From Vicugna vicugna (Eukaryota), in assembly GCA_013265495.1 (NCBI GenBank), contig MU061633.1:525726-589725 (forward strand): a DNA stretch of 64,000 nucleotides, in the 5' to 3' direction. Shown in pieces: positions 12,565-25,270 of this stretch. The notes beneath the pieces were generated by a model. It was not told the DNA's origin and ran no database searches. It saw only the letters and a program-made list of their open reading frames with translations. The first letter of the stretch is position 1; the number at the start of each line of letters is the position of its first letter. A program made the translations under genes and the position numbers.

Positions 12565-12730
12565 GAATGGTTATAAAAGTGCATGAGGAAACTTTTGGGA
12601 TCGATGGATATATTCACTATCTTGATCATAATGGTAGTTTCATGGGTATATACTTAGTCAAAATTTTAAATTGCATACTTTAATTATGTTTTATGCCAAT
12701 TTTGCCTCAATAAAAATGCTCTTTTAAAAA
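12565..12730 (+). mobile_element. L1ME-type 3' end
   Basis: gcatgaggaaacttttgggatcgatggatatattcactatcttgatc...cctcaataaaaatgc. Confidence 0.8.
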
Positions 12731-12739
12731 GAGAGAAAC

Positions 12740-13130
12740 CAATAAGGATAAAACAGGGAGAATACAATATACATTTATAAAATGGAAAAATATATTTACT
12801 GTATATAGACCTGGCAGAGGAATTTTGTCCAGGTTATATACAACCTCTCGCAACTCAATGCAATTTAAAGAATCAGATTTTAAAATTTTGGCACACGATT
12901 TGAATAAGCACTTCAAAAAAGAAGATATATAAATGGTCAGGAAACAATGAAAAGATAATCAACATCAATGGTCAACAGGAAAATACAAATTAAAATGACA
13001 GTAAGAACACTACACACCTTCTGTAATGGGTAACATTAAGTAAGACTACTCCACACCCACTCTAATGGGTAAAGTTTAAAAGCTGATCATTCCAATTGTT
13101 GATAAGGCTGCGGGGAAATGCACTCTTTCT
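12740..13130 (+). mobile_element. Old LINE-1 ORF2 3' fragment
   Basis: gaataagcacttcaaaaaagaagatatataaatgg...aaaatacaaattaaaatgacagtaag. Confidence 0.75.
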
Positions 13131-13599
13131 CTACAGGTGGCTGTCACAAAGAGATGGTCTGAACAAAATGCTCTTATGGTGAGAATTAAAAATGGGAGGG
13201 CTAGGGAGGAAGGAGGGAGAATGGTCTGAAAGCGTCATCGTGGATTAAGAAGGACTCTGGGCCAAGAAGAAATAGGGAGAACATTTTGCATGCTTAATAG
13301 TGTTGGAGGTAAAAGCGTTTTCAGGGGAGAGACAGATTTCTGTAGAGCAAGAAGGTAAAGGGAATACTCAGAAAATTGAATAAGAGTCTGAGGAATTTGT
13401 ATGATGACTGACTGTAAGTTCCAGTGGGCTCACTGAAGAATTTCTGGGATGGGAGAGAGATGGAAGGTAGATCCCAAAAGGAAATAAGCAGAGTTGTGTA
13501 GCACCAAGGACTCCAGGGATGGGAGCCGCCCTGGTAGTCTTCTCTTCTTGTGGGGCTGATGTAAAGATGTACAGACTGCATAATGAGATTCATTCTGAT

Positions 13600-13789
13600 T
13601 GTCTCCAGATTAATATTAATGAAGAGATGTGAATGCTGGGGAGAAGGGAGGTGGAGAGTTTTGCCTGAATCTTGCAGTGATGCCACGAGCCCTGGTCTGT
13701 CACTTCTGGATTTTTATGTGAGACATAAACTCTCTTGTTATTTTGGACTTTTCCATTATGTACAACCAAACCAAACGGAACGTGATACA
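13600..13789 (+). mobile_element. MLT1 (MaLR) LTR 3' part
   Basis: acttctggatttttatgtgagacataaactc...cgtgataca terminal. Confidence 0.6.
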
Positions 13790-15014
13790 GTTTGCTCTCT
13801 GTCATGCCCTCTGAAGTTAGAAACCAGAATTTCATCTATTAGGCTATAGTAAGTCATCAGATGTTCAGCTCTGACATAAGACAATTCATAGATCCAGAAC
13901 AAATTTACCTTAGCTTATTCCCAAGAAGCTGAGACTTCCTTTCATAAAATGACTTGGAAAATTTTCAGAGAAAGTGATAATCAAAAAATGGCCCTGATGC
14001 CGCAAGCCACGTGAGAAATTGTTTTGGTTTCCCTTTGGCTTAGGAAAGTCAATAGAAGATTCATTCTCTGGTATCTTTAAGGCCAGCTGCTCTGCGTCCA
14101 TCATCGCTGTTCCCAGGAAAGAGGGCCATTATGTTAAACAGGTAATTAAGCTGCAGCTTCTGTTCTTCAGGACTTAGTTCCTGGGTTGTTATGTTCAGAT
14201 AAAGTTGCTCCTTAGGAGTAACAGATGCATAAACAACATCGAGGAGGTGCGCTCCCCAGCAGTGCTGGGCAATTGATAGATGAAGCCAGTGGTCCCGGTA
14301 GCTCAGCACATCTGCTGTCTCTCAGCAGGAGTCACCCATTAGTGCATGACTGCAAGGGGCCAAGCACCCTTGGAGTCACGCTCCATGACTTTGCTTCCAG
14401 CTGCCTTGCTGAACCTGGCAGTCATTATCATGCCTGAGTGGCCAGGCCTCCCACATCTCAAGCTGGCCTGGATGCTTGATGGATACTTTAATCATGGCCA
14501 TGGTGAAAGGCAGCATACAGTGCAATTAAGACGTGACCAGAAATCCCAACCCCGAACAATGCCATGGAGGCAATAAGTATAGAGGACTTAATAATTAGAT
14601 GATTTGAGTTCAAATTCTAGTTTATTCCCCTACTGATTTTGTGAGCATAGATAAGTCAGTCGTTATGAGTCTATGTGTCTTGTGCTACAAGTGACCCAGA
14701 TTTGCTTAATAGTTAGTGAATACCCAAACTAAGAGCTAGAGGTTGTGCTAGGAGGAAGAGGTCCAAGAAAATCCAGACATATTTCCTGCCTTAAAGAAGC
14801 TCATGGATTAGTGAAGAAGATATGGTCCATAATAGTTTCTTCCCCATAGTTTGTCAAGGGTTTTCAATGAGATGCTGTGTGTGAGGGGACTTGAAAGCCT
14901 AAAATATTCAATAAATGTAAGCTGATGCTAGCTCTTGAAAATGATGATTTTACAAATCATTAGGGGCACGTTTAATGGCAGCTTAAACGTGTTAGGGGTG
15001 CTCCAAGATTGGCA

Positions 15015-15420
15015 TGGAAGTGGTTGCTAGTATTCACTCACGGTGGGTTCTCCTCTCCTTCCTGGCCCATGGGAAGATTACTCTTCCCACCTGTTTGTAA
15101 TTAGGCCAGGCCATGTGACTAGCTTTGACCAGTGAGGTGTGATCAGAAGTGAGATGCATCATTTGGGGTCAAAATATGCAATTGTTGGTGAGAAGTTTCC
15201 AGTAGTCTTGTCCTCTGCCTCAGCAACTAAGGGTGCCTTAATTTCCAGGTGGTACAACTACAGGATGTTGTGTGGTCTTTGATGGTTTGAATTGCTCTGG
15301 AGATTTTCCTAGATCTGCAAGAAATTTTTCATAAGAAAGAAATACATTCCTGTTGGTTTAATCCACTGAAATTTGGATGCTGTTTATTATCTCATCATAG
15401 ACTAGCTTTAAACAAATACA
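15015..15420 (+). mobile_element. MLT1I/J-type MaLR LTR
   Basis: ggccaggccatgtgactagctttgaccagtgaggtgtgatcagaagtga...ttaatccactgaaatttgg...aacaaataca. Confidence 0.8.
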
Positions 15421-15646
15421 TTTGGTAGCTATCAGGTCTTGGTCTGACTTAAAAAAAGACTCCACATCATCCATCCTACTTGAAACTTAGATGCAATCTC
15501 ACAGTGGTATAACTGGACTATTCCTATTTGCATGAGATGCCTGAGCTGATCTTTTGTCTGCACTGGATGGCCAGAGCCACATCTCAGATTCTGAAGAGGC
15601 TGCCTTTTCCCTTGGTTCTTGGTTAGTCAAGTGTTAAAGGGTCACA

Positions 15647-15875
15647 TTTCTGGAGTTAGGTGGTCAAAGATTTAAATTCTGACTTTGCCCTGTATCCACT
15701 TTGTGACCTTGGACAATTGACCTAACTCCCTAAATCTCAGTTTCTTCAACTAAAAAATGGATATATTCACAGTTCTTACAAACCAGGGTTGAGGTGGGGA
15801 CTAAATGAGACGATGTGTGTAAAACAATTAGCCTATTATGTAGTAAGTTATTAAAAGCTGCTATTTACTATTGCT
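15647..15875 (+). mobile_element. MIR SINE
   Basis: tttgtgaccttggacaattgacctaactccctaaatctcagtttcttcaactaaaaaatgg. Confidence 0.8.
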
Positions 15876-16309
15876 GATGTTTTTATTATTATTTCTCATC
15901 CAATAAACACCAGTTCTAACTAAAAAAGTAAATCTTTCCTTGCCTTGTAATTAACTGAGTTTGGCTCTTCTGTCTTTACAGACACTCTACCTTCCAAGGA
16001 GGAAAAGGCGATAGCTAGGACCTATCAAATAATCCTGGACAGGAACTGCCATTTGTTCTTTTCTGCTGCTGCAATAGAAAGAAACTAAACTATGCATGAG
16101 ACAAGGACCTTAATTATTATTGTTATTATTTAAAATCTACAAAAGGTTGCTACTGAGACTTCTGCAGTTACCTTCTCAGAGCTGTATATTAAGCTGCTGA
16201 GCCAGAAAAGCTAATGCTATCTTGCTATCTCAGATGAATGAGCAGATAAAAACTGAACTAAGAATTGAAGCTGATAAATAAGCAAGTGCATCCTTGTTCA
16301 GGCCACATG

Positions 16310-16600
16310 CACCACTCCCTGGTCATTGAAATAGCCTTCTAGTCTCCCTCTCTTTGCTCCAGAGTTTTCAAAAGACATTCTTAATCTATAACATGAAACT
16401 AATCATGTAATTCCTCTCCTTAAATCTCTATAGTGACCTACCACTGCCCTCAGGATAAAGTCCAATCTCCTTAATTCAGTAAAGCCCTTTGTGATCTGCT
16501 ACAACCACTTCTCCATCTTCTCTCACCTCATCCCCCGGGTCTGTACTCCAGCCATCCAGAATTACTTTCAAGAGCTTGAAATTCACCTGGCTTTCCTTGT
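16310..16600 (+). mobile_element. L2 fragment
   Basis: tcatgtaattcctctccttaaatctctatagtgacctaccactgccctcaggataaagtccaa. Confidence 0.75.
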
Positions 16601-17384
16601 CTCAGCTTTCCAGAGGGAAAGGAAGGTATCTTGGGTCTGTATCATGTCGGTTCTGATGGGAGGCTTCCTCCAGGTAACTTCCAGCTGGAGAAAGTGGGCG
16701 TGATGACCCAGAACCTTCCTTGAAGGAAAGAGAAGCTGCTTGTTTATTCACAGGAAAAAGGGAGCCCCGACTGGGAAGAAGAATCAGGGCTCTGCATAGG
16801 GCAGTTGTCTTCCTTTAATCTTCTTTCTTCTTTTTCATTCCCTCTTAGCCCAGCCCTCTGAAATGCTTGTCTTTATCGGGGAGTAGGCAGGGCACATATT
16901 GTGGTCTCCTTGGTGTGGCTGGAAAATGGCCCACAAAGTTCAACCCAATTCCACTACAGTTTTCAAATCTATTAGAGACTCACCACCATTCACCCAAAGT
17001 GTGTTATAAGTGTGCAGAATGGAGGGGGAAAGATGGCATCAGTGATGTGAAGGACTCTTTTATGGAAAAAAAATTCAGGCTTTTTCTCCTCAAGGGCTGG
17101 AAAGGAATCAACGGGGAAAAGTTTAGTGAGACGAGTCCAGATGAACATTACAGTACTGTGGGCTACAAAGATAAAACAACATATTCCCACTTCTCAAAGA
17201 ACTCAGAATAGAGAGGGAGAGATGAACATGTAAACAAATACACATATAATAACATAAAGACGGCAACACCGCGATGTTATGTAAAGTTCCTGTGTACATC
17301 TCAGTAAAAATAATAATAATACAAAATCCCATTTATAGTACCTTCAAAACACTATGGGCATTCTGGATTTCCAGAACCCAGCCC

Positions 17385-18150
17385 TTGTCACCATCTCTGT
17401 TGTTACCAGCTCTGGTTGGACACACGATAATAGTATCTCCTGTATTTTTGAAGTAGCTCACTGATTTCCAAAGTCTTGTCCAAGCAATCTGTTCTCCGCA
17501 AAGCAGCACAAGGGATCCTGTAAAAACGTAAGGCAGGAATTTCTTACTTAGTTGTGGTGGAGGATCTGATACAGATCAAGACCTCTTGCTGGGTAAAATA
17601 TATGAAATAATTGTTTCCAATGTCACTCCCTTGCTTAAAACCCCCCAGTGGTTCCTCATTTCAATAAGTGTAAAAGTTCTTACAATAATCTATGAAGTTT
17701 TGCAGATTTTGACTTCTTATTTCTCTATCCTCTCCTTTTGTATTCAACCTTTTACTCACTCTGAAGAGCCACACTGACCTCTTGGCTATTCTGCAAACTT
17801 TATGGGTATTTTCCACCTTGGGAAACCTTGCAGTTCCTGCTTCTTTGGTACAGAATATTCTTCCAAAATATACCTACAGGTGCTTGTTCTCAGTGAAGAC
17901 TTTCCTGATTTCTTATTTAAAGTTGATTCTTCCATCTACTGGCACTCTATACGTTATTTCTAATTTACTTTTCTCTAAAGGGCTCATAGTAACATAACAT
18001 TCTACATAATTTGCTTATTGACCTCAACTTTGCAGTTTTCCTACCGGCATGTAAGCCCCGTGAGAGCAAGACATATCTCTACTTTTATCACTTAGCAAAC
18101 AGTGCCAGGCAAATAGGAGGCGCTCATCTTACTTATTCATGTATAAATAA
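17385..18150 (+). mobile_element. L2 3' region
   Basis: tgtcactcccttgcttaaaaccccccagtggttcctc...tgtaagccccgtgagagcaagac...aacagtgccaggcaaataggaggcgctca. Confidence 0.75.
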
Positions 18151-18264
18151 TGGATGTATCTTACTTTAGCAAAAGCAGTTTCCCAGAGTGGTAAATATGA
18201 TTCATTCATATTTTACTGTTCCCACAGGGGACTGACACAGATTTAAGAATACATATGCTTTAAT

Positions 18265-18567
18265 ATTTAGCATTTCTACTCATATGCCACCTCCATAAAG
18301 AGGTCTTCTTTTAATGTCATATTTAAATAACATCCTTATCACTCTTTATTCCTTCATTTGTTTTGACTTCATTCATAGCACTTATAATTACTTTAATGTT
18401 TTGTCACATGTTGGCTTGCCTACTTATATTCTGTCTTCTATACTAGAGTGACATATTTATAAGGATAAGAAACATGTCTGTTTTGTTTGCTGTTACCCCA
18501 GGACTGGTTTTCAAGTCTTGTATTGCTTAGGAAAAAAGTTCAATAAATGCATTTGTTTTTGAAGTGA
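18265..18567 (+). mobile_element. L2 3' end
   Basis: gccacctccataaagaggtcttc...gttcaataaatgcatttgtttttgaagtga. Confidence 0.65.
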
Positions 18568-19254
18568 TCACTGAAAGAAAAAACTTTTAAACTTTTAAGT
18601 GGAAGGGTAGTGAAGTAGTGACACAGAATTTTCCATGAATGATATTTATAAAAGCTGTTTAAATTAAAAGAAAAAAAACACTAGAAAATAACACCAGAAA
18701 GAACCCAAAACCTCCAGAAGTCTCTGGAGAGTTTAATTTCGAAAAATGCAAATGGAAATGTAAATATTGTGAGCTGCGGCTTTCTGACATAAGAGAAATA
18801 TCCAACCGTTTTGATTGGAAATGCTTCAGAAATATAGCCTTATTGGCTAAAGTTTCAAAGATAAAATTTTAGGGCTATAAAAAGCAACTGAAAATTTAAA
18901 GGGAGAATCCTTGCAGAGAAAGGACCACAGAAGAAATAACCAAAATCTGATATCCCTGGATGTCAGCTAAATTATGAGTGTATGGAGCGTACCTCAGGGA
19001 ACCAATATAAATACAGGCAGAAACCAAGGAGAAATTTAATCTAGAAAGATAGAGTGACATGAAGTGTAACCTATGAGTTTTCTGAGTTTTCTTTTAATTG
19101 AATGCATTCCCAAACTCTGAACTGCTCAGGTGACAAAAGACTAAAGTTTCACAGTAGGTGCCTTGCTATCTCCTATTTTTGGCACTTTCCTCAAGTCGTC
19201 TATTCCTTCACAAAAATACATCCTTTATACCTATCTTTTGAAATCTTGTACATT

Positions 19255-19405
19255 TAAAAATCTCCTCTAGACTGTGAGCTACATGAAGGTAGAGACTGTA
19301 TCTAATAGTTTCTCTGTTGATGCTTCAGGGCTTCTCAGGAGCCATACAGATGGTGATGATGGTGATGATCATATACACTCAATACATATTTGTTGAATAC
19401 ATGAT
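19255..19405 (+). mobile_element. L2 3' end
   Basis: ctagactgtgagctacatgaaggtagagactgt...ctcaatacatatttgttgaat. Confidence 0.75.
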
Positions 19406-19694
19406 GTATTAAGAGACCGTTCGTGATGATCCTCTTTCAGTGGGATTATAGTGACGGCTTTTTATAAACCTCAATACCAGGGATCCATAATTAAGGGAGC
19501 ATAGGCAAAATGGTATAAGACCATTGATTTTAAATAAATAGTACATTGGAGAAGGTGTTCCTGAAGCAATGGGATGGGATGGGGACTTTGAGTAACTCTT
19601 CAATGAGGTACTGGGTTTAAGAAAATAATGCATGACAGAATAGAGGCTAAGGCTCATTCATGTCAGTGGGAGTGAGACCTGGAGCTCGGCAGAG

Positions 19695-19944
19695 CAGTGA
19701 TCTTAACTGCGACATCAAAAAACCCGGTGTGCCACAATCAATTGTCACATGTTCCACAAGTAGTTTGTCATTAATAATAGGACAGATGATATGAATGACG
19801 GATGCACTTCGGATTTTTTAAGTAAAGTGGATTCGAGATTAATTCAGTAACAAAGCTCATTTCACTCAATTGTCTTCTAACATATTTTCTTAAATGGGTC
19901 AGAGAGAGCTGGGGTTAGTACGGATGCACACTTTGGGTCTGCTG
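19695..19944. mobile_element. Possible hAT-Charlie-type non-autonomous DNA transposon
   Basis: Ends cagtgatcttaactg and cactttgggtctgctg loosely resemble Charlie TIRs; no 8-bp TSD visible. Confidence 0.3.
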
Positions 19945-20289
19945 TGTACTCAGGAGCGTGTGGCATGGGAAAATGCCCCTTCTCGTGTGGTTTGTAGCAT
20001 AATATAGGCAGAGAAGTGCTGCTCTGAATTCCAGGTGAGTGAGAAGACTGGAAGACCTGAACCTGGGGTCCCCCAAGGAAACAATGAAGTTGAGTTTTCA
20101 GCTCTGATCAAGCCTAAACTGATGCTGGCAGTAACCAGTGTGCTCACCAATTGACTCCAGCTGTCTCATAGTAAGTGGCAATTTCTATGGACTAGAAACA
20201 AATTCTGTCCCCAAAGAATCTGACGTACTTTGAAGGATCTATACCTCTGCCCTCAGGCTTGATGTTCATGCCCCCTCCTCAAACAGTGG

Positions 20290-20540
20290 CTCCCTGAAGG
20301 ACTTTACTGAGTACTTCCTCCTTATTTCTCTTTCCACCCTCTTTCCCACCATTTGTATTTCGTATAAGGGTAGATCTTTATCCTTGTTTATTTAACATCC
20401 TCCCTGTTCTGTGAAGCTCTATCACAGCAGGAGCAGGAATCCCCTCTTTTTAATCACAAAGCATATACTGGGCTCGATACACTCCCAGCACAGATTATTA
20501 TCACTGTGTCTGTAAATACTTATTGAACAAATGGATGTAA
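20290..20540 (+). mobile_element. L2 3' end
   Basis: ttctgtgaagctctatcacagcagg...taaatacttattgaacaaatggatg. Confidence 0.5.
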
Positions 20541-21284
20541 GGACAAATGAAACACAAGTGAGCAGATAAATAAACATCTGTCGTTTCCAAAGCTCAAGAA
20601 AGGCTCTGTTTGGAGGGGAGAGGTTACTCTCAAAAGCTGTTCTTAGGGGTCTGGAAGGAGTGATGGAAAGTCTTTTCCGATCTGTATGCATTTGTCCAGC
20701 AGCACCAGCTGTGCCTAATTCACTCTTGTTTCCTAGGGGTTGACTTCATAGCTTCTGTAATGAATGGCTACAGTGGCTTTAATGACAGCACTGCCTGAAC
20801 GCGATGAATGCCCGGCAGGCAGCTCTCAAACCCAGCAAGGGGCACCTACCAGATGGCCAGTCTTCCAAAGTCCAGAAGCACTTTGCACCAGTCTCACCAC
20901 AAACTGCCCATTATTTAGACTGAAACCATCGCCAGTGTCTTACAAGTGCCAAAAGAGGCACTTGTAAGAGGATTCCCAATTCTAGGGTATTTATGTGTGC
21001 ACCGGGGAACCTGGGAATTGAGGTGGTATGTGGTTGGTGACTGTAGGGTTAAAGGAGAGGTCTTGGCTGGAGAAAGATCAACTCACAACACATGACTTTG
21101 GAAGTTTCCTTATCTACCTTGAATGTCAGTTTGCTCATTTAACCAATGGCAATTTTCCAACAGACTGTGAAGGATAAAATGAAGACATGGTCCAACTGTT
21201 GGTGATAATAGGTATGTACACAGGCAAGTGCATAGACACAGATACACTTTGTGTCTGCTTAGTTTTAAAGAAACTTTAAGTATT

Positions 21285-22074
21285 CTTATTTTTAATTAAA
21301 ATATTTAAAAATGTTTTAACATACAGGAAGATACAAAATGATTTAAGAAGATATACACGGAGGTAAAAAGAATAATAACGCAAACACCCATGAATCCACC
21401 AACCACATCAAGTAACAGAATCTTTCCACCACGGATGCGCTTCCTGTATTTGTCACATCAGTTGCATCCTTCTCCTTTCCTCAGCGGAGGCCGTCATGAC
21501 CTTGAACTAGGTATTACTCACCTATCTCTTGGGTTGCTTCATATTTTACTACTGCTTTGCCACTCTTACACTATATAAATTGCGCCATTCTGAATGCATT
21601 CTGTCATTTACTTTTCCTGCTGCTGATTCTATGTGAGGTTCCTTCATGTGGATATGCAGAACTGGGTTCACTCATTTTTGCTCCTCCATTACGGTCTTTT
21701 AAGTGAATATATAACAATTTGCATACAGTCTTTTACTGATGGACATGCAGAATATTCCCAGTCTTTTTATTTCTTGAGCAAATATATAAACTTACTAGAA
21801 TTTTTCAAAGTGTTCCTCAGATAAGTTGTAGCAATTTGTATACTCACAAACCGTGCTGTGGAGAAGCATTCCTTCTGTTGCACATCTTTGTCAGATCTTG
21901 GTGTGGTCATACAGGTACTGTTTTGCAGACCTGTTGGGTGTGGATTAACCTCCCATTTTAGTTTTAATTTCCACTTCCCTGATCACCAGTCAAGTTGTGG
22001 AGTAAAGCTTTATTTTTACATGTATGTATAAGCTGCTTGTGATTTCTTTTCTATAGATTGCCAATTTTAATTTT
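21285..22074 (-). mobile_element. L1ME-type 3' UTR / ORF2 end
   Basis: aaacacccatgaatccaccaac..., ttttagttttaatttccacttccctgatcaccagt are reverse L1ME motifs. Confidence 0.75.
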
Positions 22075-22540
22075 CATCAGTTAGGACTGCTTTCAGTAAA
22101 AATAACAAAAATCTAAATATGTTATTTTTTGGTTTTTTTTCATGTAAGGGGAGTATGAAGGAGAGCAGGTCAGGACTGGTAAACCATACCATTGATGCCA
22201 TTTGTGCTCCATGCAGCTCCTAATGGTGAGTTCTTCCAACCTTAGATGATAGGTTTCCCACCTCATGGTCACAAGATGGCTGCAGGTGCTCCACCATAGC
22301 ATCATGGTCTCAGGCAAACAGAGAAGCTCTTATTTCAGAAAAACAAAACTTTCTGAAAAACCCTGAAGATATCTGTGTTCATATGTAGGTGGTTAAAACT
22401 ATGTCATATGCCACAAATTTTTAATGACACAAGGGAGTTGAATATTAAGCTGAGAAAATTAGCCCTAAGTGCAAAATCAAAGTCAGTAAGAGAGGATGGT
22501 TGAAAGGCTGCTGATCATGGCATTAGCAATGTCTTCCATA
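22075..22540 (-). mobile_element. Old MLT1 (L/M/N-type) LTR inserted into the L1ME
   Basis: catcagttaggactgctttcag...ctcatggtcacaagatggctgcaggtgctcca...gtcttccata; L1 resumes on both sides. Confidence 0.75.
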
Positions 22541-22544
22541 AAAG

Positions 22545-22659
22545 CATTTGTCCATTTTATGGTTTTTTTTTTTTTGGTCTCTTCTTGGTTTGTAGAAGTT
22601 TGTGATATCTTATGGATACAAATTCCTCATTGGTTGTCTATGTTATAAATATCTTACCC
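22545..22659 (-). mobile_element. L1 ORF2 3' segment (continuation of 21285-22074)
   Basis: Reverse complement gggtaagatatttataacatagacaaccaatgaggaatttgtatcc... corresponds to the WEKIFAN...DKGLISRIYKEL region. Confidence 0.75.
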
Positions 22660-23960
22660 TTTAATCAATAATATATGATCATTTCAACAGATGTGAAAAA
22701 ACTTTGATAAAATTAAACATAAATTCATAATTAAATTTCTTAAATTAGTAATTTAAAATGTCTTAATAAGATAAGAATAATTATTAAAAACCTCCAGCAA
22801 GCATCATTATAAACAGGAAAACATTAGAAAAATTAGTCAGAAATAAGACAAAGATGCCAATGAATATCTCTTCTATTTAACATCATATTGGAGATTTTAG
22901 AAAGTATTGTGGATAAAAAAAAATAGACACATAGAAAAGTAGAAAGTGATTAAGAAATGAAACAATCATTATTGTGGACAATACTATTAATCATAGAGAA
23001 AACTCAAAATAGTCCATAGACAGCTTTTAAAAACTAATAAGAGAGTTTAGTAACGCAGCTGAATATAAGATAATACACAAAGTCTCAAATCACTAGAAAG
23101 AAAATTAAAAGCAACCACAATTTAGAGAATCACAGAGACTCTTAAGGACTTAAGAACAAATCTAATAAAACACTTGCAAAATCTCTACAGAGAAACTTAT
23201 AAAGGTTTAAGAGACAATGAAGATGTAAATAACCGAAGACACAACTTAACAGCTGTAAATGCCTATAAATAATAGCAAAGTGTAAGGTTGTAAAGATAGA
23301 TTTTCCCCAAGTTGAACTAGAGATACAATGTAATTCTTACCAAAATCTCAACAGCAAACTTTACAAGCTAATTCTAAAATGCATATGGAAGAGCACAGGA
23401 TCAAGAAGAACGAGATATTTCTGAAAAATTAAAACAGGGAGAGGGAAATTGATCTACCAGATGTCAGAATTTATTATGAAATTTGAGTAATTAATACCAT
23501 GTGGAATTGGCATATGGATAATCAAATGCACAAATGGAATGTCTCAAAGATGCCAGTAGATCAACATGCCTAGGAATGTGAGTGTATGTGAGAGGTACCA
23601 TGTCAGGTCAGTGGGTAAGAAGAGAGGATTCAACAAATAAAACTGGAAAAATGATTACCCAATGGAGAAAAAATAAAAACAGTGGGTTAGCTGCCTCACA
23701 CCATATAGCAAAAGCAGCTCTACATTAATCAGAAATTAAAAGGCAACAACAAAACTTTAAAATTCTTTAAAAATTCAGGTTATTCTCTTTCTGACTCTGA
23801 GACCTACAAGAGTTTTTAATATAAAACTCAAAATAGCACTAACTATAAAAGGAAGGAGTGGTAGATTTTACTATAATAAAATTAAATTATCATTATCAAA
23901 AGAACATTAAAGGGAAAGGGAAAATTATAAATAGGGAGAATATGTATAGAATTATAATGG
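22660..23960 (+). mobile_element. L1 ORF2 RT-to-C-terminal segment, inverted relative to the rest of the element
   Basis: Starts atatatgatcatttcaacagatgtgaaaaactttgataaaattaaaca (RT; ISIDAEKAFDKIQH-like) and ends gggagaatatgtatagaattata. Confidence 0.8.
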
Positions 23961-24149
23961 TATATCCACTGGTACATACTGGCAGTCTACTGGTATATAT
24001 TGGCAGTCTGAGGATTCTTTAAGGAGACATGCTTGTTGAATAACAGTTTTTGGTCTACGTTTGCCCTTAGATTCTGACAGGTTGATAAATGAATTACTCT
24101 GGTATAATTTGTTGCTAGGAATCACCGATTCATTGTGGAATGCTGCTCA

Positions 24150-24250
24150 GAGACTTTATTCAGCACCACGTGGGTACCAGGCACCGTGCTGGATGCTCTC
24201 TGAGACACAGAGACAAGTCAAAAAGAGTCCTTGCCACCTAACTGGGATAG
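24150..24250 (-). mobile_element. L2 3' fragment
   Basis: tttattcagcaccacgtgggtaccaggcaccgtgctggatgct. Confidence 0.6.
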
Positions 24251-24414
24251 AATCCATTATTTTCCTTTGTCCTCAGTCCCCTGTATTAAAAAAAAATAAA
24301 GATCCCTTTTCCAGTTCCTTCATATCATATTTTATAGTAACATTTTGCTACTATATAAGGATTGCAGCTGCTTTGAACAGGAAAATTGAGGAAGAAAGAT
24401 TTGGAGAAATACAA

Positions 24415-24746
24415 TTTCAATAGACGGAATGTTTATGTTTTCTCAAAATTCATGCATTAAAACAACCTAATTCTCAATAAGTGGGGGCCTTTGAGAGGCA
24501 AGTAGGTCATGAGGGTGGAGCCCTCATGAATGAGATTAGCGCCCTTACAAAAGAGACCCCAGAGATCCCTCACCGCTTTATGCCATGTGAGGACCCAGTG
24601 AGAAGGAAGACCTCACCAGACACTGAATCTGCTGGAGCCTTGATCTTGGACTTCCCAGCCTGCAGGACTGTGAGAAATGCATGTCTGTTGTTTATAAACC
24701 ACGCAGTCTATGGTGTCTTGTTAGAGCAGACTGAATGGACTAAGAA
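24415..24746 (+). mobile_element. MLT1A-type MaLR LTR
   Basis: aggtcatgagggtggagccctcatgaatgagattagcgccctta...ccttgatcttggacttcccagcc...ggactaaga. Confidence 0.92.
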
Positions 24747-25079
24747 AAGTAATTTTAGCCTCAGCATAAAGAAGTAAGAAATAATCTAGAAAGTGGTAAT
24801 GAGAAGAAAAATGAGCACTGTGTTTGCTGGAGTATTTTAAATGTTGCGAGGGTAATCTCTGCAAATGAAACCACTGCAGTGCTTCTGTTGAGAAAGGTGG
24901 GACGAAGAAGGTGCGCCAGCACATGATCACTTATAGCCAGATTTCTGCTCCTCTGCCCTGGGCCTCCTGACTGGCATGGATACAGCCTTGCTGCATAAGC
25001 TGGCAATAGACATGGAACCAACCAATCAATGCAGACAGCTTCATGCATTTACCTTTAACCTTCTGGGACCTCTCAGCGT

Positions 25080-25270
25080 GTTGGGATTTTTAATTGTATC
25101 CAGACCTCTGCTCAAACATCATCTTTATAATGAATTTCTTGATCAACCTATTTAAAATATCATTCTCCCATCAATCTCTGTCTTTTTCATCCTCTTTATT
25201 TTTCATCTGAGGATTTATCCCCACTTGACAAATATGTATATGCTTTTGTTCACTGCATCTAAAAAAAGCA
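25080..25270 (+). mobile_element. L2 fragment
   Basis: ctctgctcaaacatcatctttataatgaatttcttgatcaacc. Confidence 0.5.

Noticed and set aside
13009-13079. Degenerate 39-bp-period duplication in an L1 ORF2 fragment
   Set aside because: Real but old and diverged; an ordinary slippage event in neutral DNA.
15960-16120. Good plus-strand acceptor (ttctgtctttacAG at 15981) as a coding exon
   Set aside because: All three frames hit stops and no convincing donor follows.
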